Assembly (NCBI GenBank): GCA_951406725.2
Contig: OX597840.1
Coordinates: 15,190,001-15,254,000, forward strand
Direction of reading: 5' to 3'
Length of the DNA stretch: 64,000 nt
Source: Octopus vulgaris
Taxonomy: Eukaryota
The translations under genes were made by a program, and so were the position numbers. The notes beneath the pieces were generated by a model. It ran no database searches. It saw nothing but the letters and a program-made list of their open reading frames with translations, and was not told the origin of the DNA. The stretch's first letter is position 1; the number at the start of each line of letters is the position of its first letter. Below, piece after piece: positions 63,899 to 64,000 of the stretch.

Positions 63899-64000
63899 AC
63901 AGCAAGAAAAGAAATAAGAAATATATGCAGCAGAAGAGAAAAGAAGAATGTTAATTTGTGTGTGGATAACAGTGAAGACATGGTAGATATGGGGTATATG

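Noticed and set aside
63588-63981. Formin/extensin-like (PPPPPPPLD)n ORF, or Gly-rich GGGSRGGG on the plus strand
   Set aside because: Product of a 27-bp minisatellite; flanks are non-coding and the plus frame has a stop immediately upstream.

Overview
Eukaryotic, AT-rich, repeat-saturated DNA. The SINE families and the density of (TA)n, (ATGT)n and (GAT)n microsatellites point to an octopus (coleoid cephalopod) genome; this is recognition from memory, not a database result. No intact protein-coding gene is supported, and nearly all ORF-track entries are microsatellite or SINE artefacts. Recognisable content: three tRNA-derived SINE families (about 30 copies); decayed 3' ends of three LINE clades (L1/Tx1-like, RTE with an embedded PHD finger, CR1-like); and mariner, Tc1-like, hAT, piggyBac-type, Tigger-like and Helentron-like remnants. 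The most interesting signal is at least five unrelated families of short non-coding elements that sit in or beside (TA)n tracts, often form fold-back palindromes and carry minimal type I hammerhead-ribozyme motifs resembling Penelope-like pseudo-LTRs. Three of the families have a non-canonical CCGANGA core (U4C), and the copy at 28051-28108 (minus strand) looks structurally intact. Other signals: SINE tails that match LINE 3' ends in the same window, two locally templated insertions, and a switch from CpG-retaining to CpG-decayed repeat copies near 10-11 kb. That switch suggests the window runs from an unmethylated region into a methylated gene body with huge introns, but only weak exon candidates are visible. 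All coordinates and alignments were read by eye; repeat boundaries are approximate.
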